Below, piece after piece: positions 13,057 through 24,152 of a stretch of 32,369 bases of DNA (position 1 is its first letter; every line of letters begins with the position of its first letter). The notes beneath the pieces are model-generated. The model had not been told where the DNA came from, searched no databases, and saw only the letters and a list, made by a program, of their open reading frames with translations. This DNA is from Octopus bimaculoides (taxonomy: Eukaryota): contig NC_068985.1 of assembly GCF_001194135.2 (NCBI RefSeq), positions 102,683,429-102,715,797 of the forward strand, given 5' to 3'. Position numbers and translations under genes: made by a program.

Positions 13057-13388
13057 GGCACTCCGTCAATACGTGAACGAGAGTTCCTGTGGATCCGATG
13101 AACGGAACAGCCTACTCCCCAAATTAGCAAGTGCAAGTAGCTAAGCACTCCAAAGACACGCGTACCAATGACGTAGTTCTCTGGGAACTACGTCATTGGT
13201 GACACAGAATGCGACAAAGATGGTCCTTTGAATTACAGGTACAATTCATTTTTTTACTAGCTGAGTGAACTGGAGCAATGTGAAAGAGAGTGACTTACTC
13301 CAGGACACAACGCGTTGCCGGGTTTTCGAATGCACGATCGTAAGACCGTGGGCCTGTTACCCTAATGACGAAGCCAAACCACGCACCT
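13057..13388 (-). mobile_element. tRNA-derived SINE, family C (head plus CORE-like domain, tail type 1)
   Basis: Shares head and core with 15023-15346, including the identical 20-mer TTGCTCCAGTTCACTCAGCT (13278->13259 vs 15130-15149). A and B boxes are degenerate. Confidence 0.85.
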
Positions 13389-13825
13389 GCACAGAAAAGG
13401 AGATACTGGATAAGGAAGCCTTGAATACAGTATGTCTCAAAATCTGATTGGATCGTCATGAATGGAGCACTTTCATAATAGATTTATCTGATTCAAAGCT
13501 TAGCTGACGAAAGAGTACACGCGCGCGCATACCCTCACACACAGACACACACACATGCAGACACACGCACGAACAAACATGCACATATTTATGTAAATTC
13601 ATACTCTGATACGGTACATTCTTGCTTCCTTTGTTGACCAGTAATAGGAGAAAACGGATATAAACACATAGTATAACTGAAACTTGTATTATCAATGCTG
13701 GTCTGTATAAAAGAATATATCTAGACGGTTCTACACTCAAGGAAACGTGTAATATTCTGGGCACACACTCAAGCACATGAACATACACGCACACATATAC
13801 ACACTCGAGTGTATGCATATGTAGT

Positions 13826-13932
<107 letters not shown>

Positions 13933-14430
13933 CATACAAATATATGTATATATTCAAATATGAAATTGCAGCTTGCCAGCAAATACACAACGAATATACG
14001 TTATGTGTAGTAAATCGGTAATACACGCGCGCGCGCACACACACACACACACATACACACAAACACAAACACACACAGGTAAATACATCCCCGCAGATAT
14101 ATACTTGGTTCCGATCTTGTGATCAGAGTAATTCAAAACTAAGAAGTGAATATTAAAAGCGAAGTCTTTTATAATAAAAGTTTAATTATATTCATATAAC
14201 ATGGACACAGTGTTTCAACAATGCCTGTATTCGTTAAGCTTCATCAGGAGGAAAAATAACAATGAAACTTCGTGAATACACAATTTCCTGAAACTGTGAC
14301 CAAATTGCAAGAACGTAAATTCATAGTCCTACACATATACGTACGCAAATACACACACACACTCACACACATATTTCTACATGCATACAAACATACATCA
14401 ATTCAATGCATCATCCATGCGTAAGTACAC

Positions 14431-14501
<71 letters not shown>

Positions 14502-15022
14502 CATACATACACGGAATTTATTTTAATAATATGCTTAATAAACATAAGCTAAGTATAATTGTGAAGGATAGCCATATTATCAGTAACCAGGAAGAAAAAT
14601 CAGATCCAGTTCCGTTCCTTTCATGTCATTTTCTTCAATATTCATTTACTTTCGCCTGTCTACCTGTTAGGTGTTATGATACTAACTGACGAAAATATTA
14701 ACCTAATAAGAACTTATGTATTAGGGTCTTTCTTTTTTCATTTATGGTGAAAGTTCGGTAAAAACCAGTGCATCCAAAATATTGGATACTAGCTTGAGAC
14801 AATGGGACCGAAAGGACACTTGACTCTATAAGCACCAAACCTGTACGCTATGCTTTAGCTGATACTCACCCAATCGTGTTTTTTTATACAAGAAAGCGAA
14901 ATGTATCGTCTGACAAAGTTATTCTTTCACACCTTATATATTTGTGTGTATATGATAGCGTGCCTATGTGTCTGAATGTGCAGCTGTGTCTATGTACGTA
15001 GGCATTTATTAGCGTACCTGAA

Positions 15023-15346
15023 GGCGTATGGTTCAGTGGTTAGAGTGTCGGGCTCACAATCATGAAGTAGTGAGTTCGATTCCCGGAACGGACTGTGTTG
15101 TGTTCTTCAGCAAGACACTTTATTTCACCTTGCTCCAGTTCACTCAGCTGCAGAAATGAGTTACGTCACTGGTGCCGAGCTGTACTGGCCTTTACATTTC
15201 TCTTCGATAACATCGATGGAGTGGACGAGAAAAACTTGTTAGCATGGGCGACTGCTGATCTTCCATAAACAAAGACTTGTGTTCCTTGAGGGGGGACTTT
15301 CTAGGTGCAATCCCACGGTCATTCATGATCGAAGGGGTTCTTTTTT
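15023..15346 (+). mobile_element. tRNA-derived SINE, family C head and core with a different tail (type 2)
   Basis: A box TGGTTCAGTGG (15029-15039), B box AGTTCGATTCC (15073-15083), CORE-like TTCAGCAAGACACTTTATTTCAC, and a T6 run at 15341-15346. Confidence 0.88.
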
Positions 15347-15434
15347 ATGTATGTGTAATGTATACATAATAACTAAAATAAATATTTTTCCATTCACTCC
15401 TTAAAACTTTCATGCATATTTGTAAGCATGTGAA

Positions 15435-15470
<36 letters not shown>

Positions 15471-18404
15471 ATACAGTCAATTTATTTATCACCGTAGTAA
15501 AGAAACTACATTTCCTTGGGTATAAATCATAGTATAATACATTTATAATCAAAACTTTGTGCATAGCCGCATGAGAGGAAAGTTTAATTAAGTTGCACCC
15601 AACTAGTATCATTCATGCCACTCATTCTATCATGATAGTTTGAAGTCACTTCAACTTGGCACTCAACTAATGCATCCAAATGCCAAAGATCTAAAAGGAT
15701 GGTAACACCTCGAAGAAATTGATCTCATGGAAACATAGAAAGTAGCAAAATTCACATTATATCGGTTCTTCGTTGCTAACTGGACTCTCGTTGCCGACTG
15801 CTTTCATACAATTCAGTCAGTCTGTCTCTGGCTGACATCATTCTACCTTCCTTCTAAGAAATTTACATGATAATGAGAAAATGTGCTTACTCCTTTCATT
15901 CTCTCTTTCTCTTTCTCTCTCTCTCTCTCATTCTTTCTCTTTTCTTCTCATACACATATCGTGTCAAAATGGCAGAGTTATAACGCCAAACAGTCCAAGT
16001 TTATATAGCTAGGCATAGAGCATAGAACTTGATAAATATGTCTGTGAATACTGTCATAATGAATGATCGTCCAAACTCAACACCAGTTATATATAACACT
16101 GAGATAGCCATACAACTTCAAATAGGAAACTTTAAATTTGAAGTTCCAAATGATAGATTATATATCTAATCTAATGTAAATTTTGACAACATAACTACTA
16201 AATAATATATGTATGTGATAGAGAGAGTTTGTCTATGAATGTATGTATAGACATATAAACATTGTGTGTGTTTCTGTATGTGTGTGTATTATTCATACAT
16301 ACATACATACATACATACATACATGTCTATGTGTGTATATATACATATACACCATACACACACACATACACACAGAGAAAGAGAGAGGGAGAGAGCGAGA
16401 CCAGTGTTCAATTTGTTTGAAATAAAAGCCAATTCTTCCTCCAATCATGATCTTGGGCTTAGAAAAAGAAAATCAGTTTCGACACAATGTCTACAACTAT
16501 AACGTGACGGCCATGTCCACAAGCTCTGATCTTGGTCTCTTTTATGACTAAGATTTTCATTTCGTTTAAGGGTATTATATTAGGTCAGCTTTGTTTGAGT
16601 TAGCCTCTGTATATTAATGATTTTTATTAAGTATTCGATCCACTATTAACCTTCTATTATAGTTTCTTTCACATCTATGATGCATCATGCGAATTTAAGT
16701 TTATCCCAGTGCTTCAGCGATACAATAATCTATCGACCTAGGAACAATTAAAGGTACTGTTAACTGTGATTCGATATGAACTTAGAACATACAAAACTTA
16801 AAAAGTAAGGTAACAGAAGCAACATTTAATCACAGGATGCACTTAGTCAAATATAAATTGCTGACAAAGATACAATTCTGCCTCTTTACTAATTCAGTGG
16901 TTTTATCACGCATATTAACCATGTTTATTTAATGACTGTTTGATATACAGTGGGCTTGATATACAGACCCACAGACACACAGACTGACTGCCTCACTGAC
17001 AGACAGATTCACTGACTCACAGACAAAGACAGACAGACAGGCAGGCAAATAGATAGATAGATAGATAGATATTGAATGTATTTATAAAATGAATAAGTAT
17101 AAATAAATACGTGTATATATATATGCATAAGAGTAAAAGAATATACATGCATACATACATATATATATATGCCCGCATTCATATGCATATATGCATGTAT
17201 ACACCTTTATACGTATGTGTTTGTGTGTGTAAATGTATGCACGTACGTATGTATGTATTATGTATGTATGTAAGTATGTATGTATGTATGTATGTACGCA
17301 CACATATATCATTGTTGCTGATCTCAACGTTGCCAAGAGGATGAAGTTAAACGATCTTTTGAACGATGATACATCTACAGTACTAATGGCCGCGATAAAG
17401 TACTTCGTCAGTGTTTTTAATAGATCTTGTTTTTCAATTGATGTATCTTAGCTCTAAACTTAACCTCTGAACTTTGACTTTACCTCAGCAGTTTCTTTTT
17501 TTTTTTTTCGTTTTCGTTTTTTTCTAAAGTCTCACGTGTAAACTACGGAAACAACCGAAAAGTTTCCGTAATATTATTTTTCTGTTTTTAGATGGAGGCG
17601 TGGTATTTAGAAATAATCGATACTGAATCATTTTTATTTCACGGCAAAACATTTATTCATTTCTTTTTTATTGTCTTTCTGGGGAAAATAAAGGAGAATT
17701 TATTTTTAGTTAAATTAATGTAACCGCAGTGAGCGAATGAAGTTACTCATGATGCAGCGTTTGACCTTGTCAGAACTGCAAAGCCACAGGTTATACATTT
17801 TATGAACCGTGAGTACGTTCCGTACCAACTACATTAAAACATTTCTATTACGTCCATGAATCTGACTTCCATATACGCATGATATGCATGTCTAACACCA
17901 ATTAGCAAGGTCATTCATAGCTAAAGAAGGACACAACACATAGGATAGTAATGCCCGACGGGGAAAAGATTAAAGTTTTCTTCGTATACGTTGCAGCTGT
18001 GAGAAGTTTATAGCAATAAAATGGATAACCAGTTTGAGTACTTTGTCATATAGAGCTGTTCCTTGTCTTTCTGTCCACACGTATCATTTATTAACACTAG
18101 TTGCCATAGCGTGGTAGGCTTTTATGACTACACATATGGCGGACTTTAACCTGATCCACACCCGTCATCTTCTTTCACTTTAATTTCTTTCGCATAGATT
18201 TCATTCCATTGTTTTCTACCAATAATGTTTGTCGTCTATGATCGTACATTAATGCTTCTCGGTATTCATTCTTTTTCTTTTTTTTTTCTTTAAATCACCA
18301 TTGATTTAGACATTGCATATTAAGCATGACTGATAGCAATTAGTCCATTAGGCGTATATTTTCTCTTACACAGATCTTATTGCATTTAAATGAATAAAAT
18401 GTTT

Positions 18405-18409
<5 letters not shown>

Positions 18410-18455
<46 letters not shown>

Positions 18456-18610
18456 ACGCGTGTGTGTGTGTTTGTGTGTATGCACGCATGTGTGTGCGTA
18501 TGTGTATCTGTATCGGTTTTTATTGCTCCATTACCACTTGATACCGGTGTTGGCGTGTTTACGTCCCCGTAACTCAACGATTCGGCAAAAGTGACCGATT
18601 GAATATATAG
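18410..18610 (+). mobile_element. SINE family A, internal and 3' fragment
   Basis: TA/TG tract followed by CTTGATACCGGTGTTGGCGTGTTTACGTCCCCGTAACTCAACGATTCGGCAAAAG, homologous to 1720-1775. Head and tail are both absent. Confidence 0.85.
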
Positions 18611-18631
18611 AAGTGTATATACATATATATA

Positions 18632-19433
18632 TATAAAAACAAATAGTAAATGAGTATATGCATATATACGTACAGGTATGTGCATACCGACATCCACGTG
18701 TATGTATAGGTGCATATCTGGGTACAGGACATTGGAAACAAAAAGTAGACGAGAAAACACACAAGCCAACATAGAGAACATTCTTCTTCATCAGCTACCC
18801 CCGTTTTAACACCGGCGTTTCGAAGAGCTGGGCAGGACGCGTCGCTAAAACGGCTCTTCCCATGGACCGCAAATTAAATTTGTATACACAAATTAAACCT
18901 TGGCGGACAAAAAATAAGACAAGAAAACAAACAGAAAAGGCGATACGGCCAGACGGGGAAAATTATGTGTATGAACGCTGTGAGGCACGAACTTGAAAGT
19001 GGGGACGAAGTAAGTTCGCGTGTTTGCTCTGCGATAGCCAAGGAAGAAAAGGATTATTGACCGGAAGCATGTGACCGTGCCGGCGTAAGGCGAAGAGAGA
19101 GAGAGTGGTAGAGGGAGAAACAAAGGGAGGAAGTAGAAGAATAGGTGAGCAACGAGAGGAAAAGAGAAAGAGAGGAAGTACGAGGGGGAAAAAGGAGATA
19201 CGTAGTAGTAACAGAGGAAGAACGAGAGGGGTAAAAGAGATACGTAGTAGTAAAGAGGAAGAACGAGAGGGTGGAAAAATGATAGAGGAAGAGAAAGAGA
19301 AAGATATAGAGTAGCGTCGGAAAATATAAAGTTACGAAAATTACTTACAGATTGGTGACGCTGCGTTCGGTCATGTAAAAACCAATAGTAAATGAGTATA
19401 TGCATATATACGTACAAGTATGTGCATACCGAC
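18632..19433 (-). mobile_element. Putative Penelope-like pseudo-LTR (partial tandem unit with intron and hammerhead-like boxes)
   Basis: The unit runs 19373->18632 and is directly preceded by a copy of its own last 60 bp (19374-19433 vs 18632-18691, 57/60 identical). Donor CT|GTAAGT at 19348; acceptor CCTTTTCTTCCTTGGCTATCGCAG| ending at 19029. GAAAC (18821->18817) and CTGATGA (18794->18788) are present. Partial tandem pLTRs, retained introns and hammerheads are known traits of Penelope-like elements. The family assignment is inference. Confidence 0.5.
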
Positions 19434-19533
19434 NNNNNNNNNNNNNNNNNNNNNNNNNNNNNNNNNNNNNNNNNNNNNNNNNNNNNNNNNNNNNNNNNNN
19501 NNNNNNNNNNNNNNNNNNNNNNNNNNNNNNNNN

Positions 19534-20335
19534 CGGTGACTGTCCTCTTTTCCGCCTGGGGTCATGAAACCACACTTCATCACCCTCCTTAAAGTTGACT
19601 TCACTAGCCCGGGTTTCGTGCCGACGCTTCATTACTTCACCTGAAAACTTCAGGGCTTCTCTAACTTGCTGGTGTACCTCAGTCAGACTTTCCTGCAGAT
19701 ACTTCACACAGCTGGAGGTTTCCCTGGGCAGTTCCGCCCCCGGTGGTCTTCCTGATCCCTGCTGCAGCCTCTCTACCACTGGCCCTAAGTCGGCATCTTC
19801 CATCTGCCTCCGTTGCACTTCTCTGGTAGCCACTGATCTAGTCACTGTGGTACGTTTGCACTTTTTAATGTGCTCTTTTCTTCCTGCACAATGCAACTGA
19901 CTTTGCCGCTGGTCCACTGCCTGGCACTGTCCCAAGATTTGCCCTTTACAAATCCTCTGTGCCACTGTAGAAGAATTGGCTGCTACATCTAGCACTTTAT
20001 CAGCTCCTGCTTCCAGGGTTCGTCCGACCCTCACTCGAGCTTTCAACTTGCTTCGTCTGTCGGGCTCCACCAGCCCCAGACAGCCATCAGTCGGATTGCT
20101 CACACGACACTGGAGCAGCTTTTCCGACCACTGTCGTCCGTAGCGCTCTTACCTCGCTACCGGGCGTGGTTCGCTTTACCACCTCAACAGGGACCGATCT
20201 TCCCTGTACCGAAAGCTTCTTCAACCGCAAGTCCAGCTGACAATCCATGGACGTTAAATAGTCCAGTCCCAAAATGCACAAATCCTCCATTTCAACTACG
20301 TAAACAGGAAGCACAACTTCCAATCCGGCAACATC
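19534..20335 (-). pseudogene. Gypsy/Ty3 LTR-retrotransposon pol remnant: protease C-terminal half, spacer, pre-integrase linker and integrase C-terminal region
   Basis: LPVYVVEMEDLCILGLDYL is the retropepsin ILGLDYL motif. QMEDADLGPVVERLQQGSGRP resembles the linker upstream of Gypsy integrase. YLQESLTEVHQQVREAL...FKEGDEVWFHDPRRKRGQSP resembles the region before the GPY/F module. One frameshift near 20110. Both ends run into gaps. Confidence 0.85.
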
Positions 20336-21125
20336 NNNNNNNNNNNNNNNNNNNNNNNNNNNNNNNNNNNNNNNNNNNNNNNNNNNNNNNNNNNNNNNNN
20401 NNNNNNNNNNNNNNNNNNNNNNNNNNNNNNNNNNNNNNNNNNNNNNNNNNNNNNNNNNNNNNNNNNNNNNNNNNNNNNNNNNNNNNNNNNNNNNNNNNNN
20501 NNNNNNNNNNNNNNNNNNNNNNNNNNNNNNNNNNNNNNNNNNNNNNNNNNNNNNNNNNNNNNNNNNNNNNNNNNNNNNNNNNNNNNNNNNNNNNNNNNNN
20601 NNNNNNNNNNNNNNNNNNNNNNNNNNNNNNNNNNNNNNNNNNNNNNNNNNNNNNNNNNNNNNNNNNNNNNNNNNNNNNNNNNNNNNNNNNNNNNNNNNNN
20701 NNNNNNNNNNNNNNNNNNNNNNNNNNNNNNNNNNNNNNNNNNNNNNNNNNNNNNNNNNNNNNNNNNNNNNNNNNNNNNNNNNNNNNNNNNNNNNNNNNNN
20801 NNNNNNNNNNNNNNNNNNNNNNNNNNNNNNNNNNNNNNNNNNNNNNNNNNNNNNNNNNNNNNNNNNNNNNNNNNNNNNNNNNNNNNNNNNNNNNNNNNNN
20901 NNNNNNNNNNNNNNNNNNNNNNNNNNNNNNNNNNNNNNNNNNNNNNNNNNNNNNNNNNNNNNNNNNNNNNNNNNNNNNNNNNNNNNNNNNNNNNNNNNNN
21001 NNNNNNNNNNNNNNNNNNNNNNNNNNNNNNNNNNNNNNNNNNNNNNNNNNNNNNNNNNNNNNNNNNNNNNNNNNNNNNNNNNNNNNNNNNNNNNNNNNNN
21101 NNNNNNNNNNNNNNNNNNNNNNNNN

Positions 21126-21448
21126 TCAGCCTTTTAGATTCGATAAAATAAATACCAGTTGAGTACTGGTGTCGATGCAATTGACTTTTACCCCCCACCC
21201 CCACCTCTGAATTTGCTGGCTTTGTGCCAAAATCTGAAACCGAAGGTGGTTGGCTGGCAGAATTGTTAGCACGTCGGACAAAATATTGAGCAGCATTTCT
21301 TCTGGCTTTACAATCTTATAAATTTAAATGCTGCCGAAGTGGACTTTGCTTTCGAGAATCGATAATATACGTACCAGTTGAACACTGGTGGGGGGGGGGG
21401 GGAGATTATACTTGAAATTGCTGGTCTTGTACAAAATTTGAAGCCATA
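21126..21448 (+). mobile_element. Two head-to-tail SINE family B copies (first truncated by the gap)
   Basis: The second copy starts at 21243 with GAAGGTGGTTGGCTGGCAGAATTGTTAGCAC. Both carry GATAA..TA..TACCAGTTGA..ACTGG and a GCTGG..TTGT..CAAAAT.TGAA.CC tail. The central segment resembles my recollection of the MetaSINE domain (unverified). Confidence 0.85.
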
Positions 21449-22004
21449 ACTAAATGACGAAAAAGTTTGCGGGGCTCAGAATATTCCAAGATTCAGAAGT
21501 TAATAATTGAGTTAAATTGTTAAAAATTTGACGTTATCTGATCACGTAAGCGAAACACCGCCGAATAAATAAAAATTTTAAAATTAAACAGAATGAAAGA
21601 CGTAGGCCCTGAGTTAATCTCGTCTCTCTCTAGAAACTATATCCGTTATTTCGGACATAGAATCTAGAATTATAACAATATACCACATTCATTAGTCATA
21701 ATTGTATAATTATAATTCATCACTTCTTGTTTATTTTATAGACTATAGAAAGATATGAACTTTGTACAGAGTAAGAGGAAATTAAATAGTATAAATGACT
21801 AGTATATCTGTTACTGATTTCCATCGCCTGGGTTACTTGTAAATAACTACAATAATTTATCATTCAACGAAATTCCATCACAGCTAAAAAAGTTACATCT
21901 TTAATAAATTTGTTAACGCACACAATCCTCTCTCTCTCTCTCTCTCTCACTCACTCCGTCCGCAATAAATAGATAACAACATCAAATCCTTTTTTTTTTT
22001 TTTA

Positions 22005-22260
22005 AAGCCTCGACTCCCTAGAAATAGTAGCCAAATCTTTCTCAAATTACATGCCACCTTCTTGAGTATTGGGATCAAAAGGGAATACATCTGAAGCACA
22101 AGGTCTGTGTGATCAGAACTGATATAGAGGTAAACAACAGCAGAAGGCAGACATGCCAAAGTGCGAGCGACCGGTCAACCTATTAGAACTAACAGCCAAA
22201 TCTCATTGAAATTATAACTCTATCAAATCTTTAAAAAAGGAAATACACATTACATTAAAT
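22005..22260 (+). mobile_element. Two adjacent degenerate fragments of SINE-like family D
   Basis: TAGAAATAGTAGCCAAATCT at ~22019 recurs as TAGAACTAACAGCCAAATCT at ~22184, with a weaker match GAAAATAGCAGTCAAATCT at ~6303. Confidence 0.6.
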
Positions 22261-23143
22261 TAAATGTAACCATATAGAAACTTTTTAAAAAATATTAGTA
22301 TGGCTGGACCGCCGCAAATCATCGATCTCCTCGGTCAAACCTGAAGTAAAACAATGACAGAAAGTTTGAATTAATTTATAAACCTGAAAATTATTTGTGT
22401 CAAATTTGAATTAACTTACCTAATACTTCAACAAATTATTAAAAAATAATGGAGTTTGTAAGTTCCGGTTACTCTCTGCGTTACTTGATCTTCAGAACTA
22501 AATTAAGTGGTCTCACTTTTAACAATAATTTAATAGTTGCTGCTGATTAACAGCACTAGTATTATTAAACTGGCACAATTATTTCGTTTCAACATTGCTT
22601 TCAGTTGGTTTGCTTAAAAACTATGAAATTTACTGGCGAGTGTTATCTTCTGAATCATGAACGTTCAATGTGTATTTTTGTGACGTAGTGAGCAAGCTAA
22701 ATAGGGAAGTGCACGGGTTACGACTAACACTCGTTTTTTGTATTATTCCATTGTCTACTAATCTATATCTATAAAATATATAATAATGCAGGCTATCTTT
22801 ATTTGTTTTTATCACTGACAATTTACTTATATATTTTATTCATTTCTCATAATAATTTAGGGCATATTATAAATTAATCTATCTTATGTAAAAGTGGTTC
22901 TGCATTCTAGTCGGACCTTTAGAAGTTAGGAGTAAGAATGGTTTTGGGAACAGTGAGGTCAAGTAATGTGAGTTCAGGTGGTGTGTGACCATGTGCATGT
23001 ATCATAACAGTTGCACTCTCATGCATTAGTGAGAGAGATGAGGTTACCATTTGTATTTCTTTAATTTTCTGTGCTGGTAAACTCATATTGCTTTGCAAGT
23101 TTTCTGTATACTTTCATATGTTAGATATTCAAATACAAGTGTT

Positions 23144-23818
23144 AAATTTGCTAGTAATATTGGTTTCAAATTTTAACATAAGGCCAGCAAATTCGAGGAA
23201 GAGATAAATCGATTACATTGACCCCAGTGCTCAACTGGTATTTATTTTATCAACCCAAAAAAGATGAAAGGCAAAGTTGACCGTGGCAGAATTTGAACTC
23301 AGAACATAAAGATGGATGAAATGTTACTAAACACTTTGCCCAGTGTGCTTAACAATTCTGTCATCTCACCACCTTAAAATGTGCATGTAATATTGGTTTC
23401 AAATTTTGGCACAAGGCCAGCAAGTCCAAGGAAGCGGGCTAGTTGATTACATTAACTCCTGTAATTAACTGGTTCTTATTTTATTCACACTGAAAGGATG
23501 GAAGTTAAAGTCAACCTCAGCAGAATTTAAACTCAGAATGTAAAGATGAACAAAATGCTTCTAAGCATTCTGCTTGACATGCTAATGATCCTGCAAGCTT
23601 GCCACCTTATAAATTTGCAAGTAATATCGATTTCGATTTTGGCACAAGCCAGCAAATTTAAAGGAGGGGCCAAATCAATTACATTGGCCCAGTACTCAAC
23701 TGGTACTTATTTTATCAACCCCAAAAGGCAAAGTCAACCTCAGTGGAATTCAGAACATAATGGACGAAATGTCACTAAGTATTTAGGCTGGCATGCTGAT
23801 TCTGCCAGCTCTCTCCTT
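23144..23818 (-). mobile_element. Tandem trimer of SINE family B
   Basis: Three minus-strand copies (~23157-23375, 23391-23608, 23623-23818), each the reverse complement of the 21243-21448 type. Unit starts at 23144, 23377 and 23611. Confidence 0.9.
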
Positions 23819-23859
23819 ATCTTTATCATATATTGATTCATATATTTGTTCATTTCCAG

Positions 23860-23990
23860 TCTTTCATGAAAAACATATCTAGCTGTGGGAAAATATTACC
23901 TTGCTTGGAAACTGGTGCAGGTTAGCAACATGAAGGGCATCTGGTCATAGAAAATCTCCCTTAATATTTTCATCCTGTTACCACCTGTCC
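23860..23990 (+). mobile_element. Fragment of a further short interspersed repeat, probably with an RTE-type tail
   Basis: GGAAATATTACCTTGCTTGGAAAC...GAAGGGCATCTGGTCATAGAAAATCT matches my recollection of a cephalopod SINE 3' region. There is no second copy in the window to confirm it. Confidence 0.45.
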
Positions 23991-24152
23991 AAATTCCTTG
24001 TCATGATCTTTAAGATAGTCCTTCTTCAAGCATGATGAAAGTCAAATCACATCATAGGTCATGTGAGTGGGTTATGATGGCTATTGTTATAGTTATTTTT
24101 TACCAAATTCTTGATAAGTGAAGTCAAGTGTTAAGGCTTGTTACCTGAAACC

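Noticed and set aside
18966-19373. Alternative reading of the 18.6-19.4 kb element as a plus-strand LTR (purine run, TGTG...TTACA, then TGGTGACGCTGCG as primer-binding site)
   Set aside because: Homologous sequence extends beyond these limits as a 60-bp tandem copy, I cannot match the putative primer site to a tRNA 3' end, and no TSD is seen. It is disfavoured but not excluded.
18632-20335. Treating the pseudo-LTR-like unit as the 3' LTR of the adjacent Gypsy remnant
   Set aside because: They are separated by a 100-N gap of probably unknown size and by the duplicated 60 bp, and their base composition differs. Adjacency is not evidence of one element.
21540-21575. CTGATCACGTAAGCGAAAC followed by AATAAA, resembling a minimal hammerhead
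   Set aside because: The core has G8 changed to C, stem II does not form, and no stems I or III were found.
22028-22190. Apparent exon (TCHLLEYWDQKGIHLKHKVCVIRTDIE|GTAAAC) and the minus-strand ORF 21947-22159
   Set aside because: The region matches a SINE-like repeat present twice here and weakly at ~6303 and ~2160, so it is a repeat fragment.
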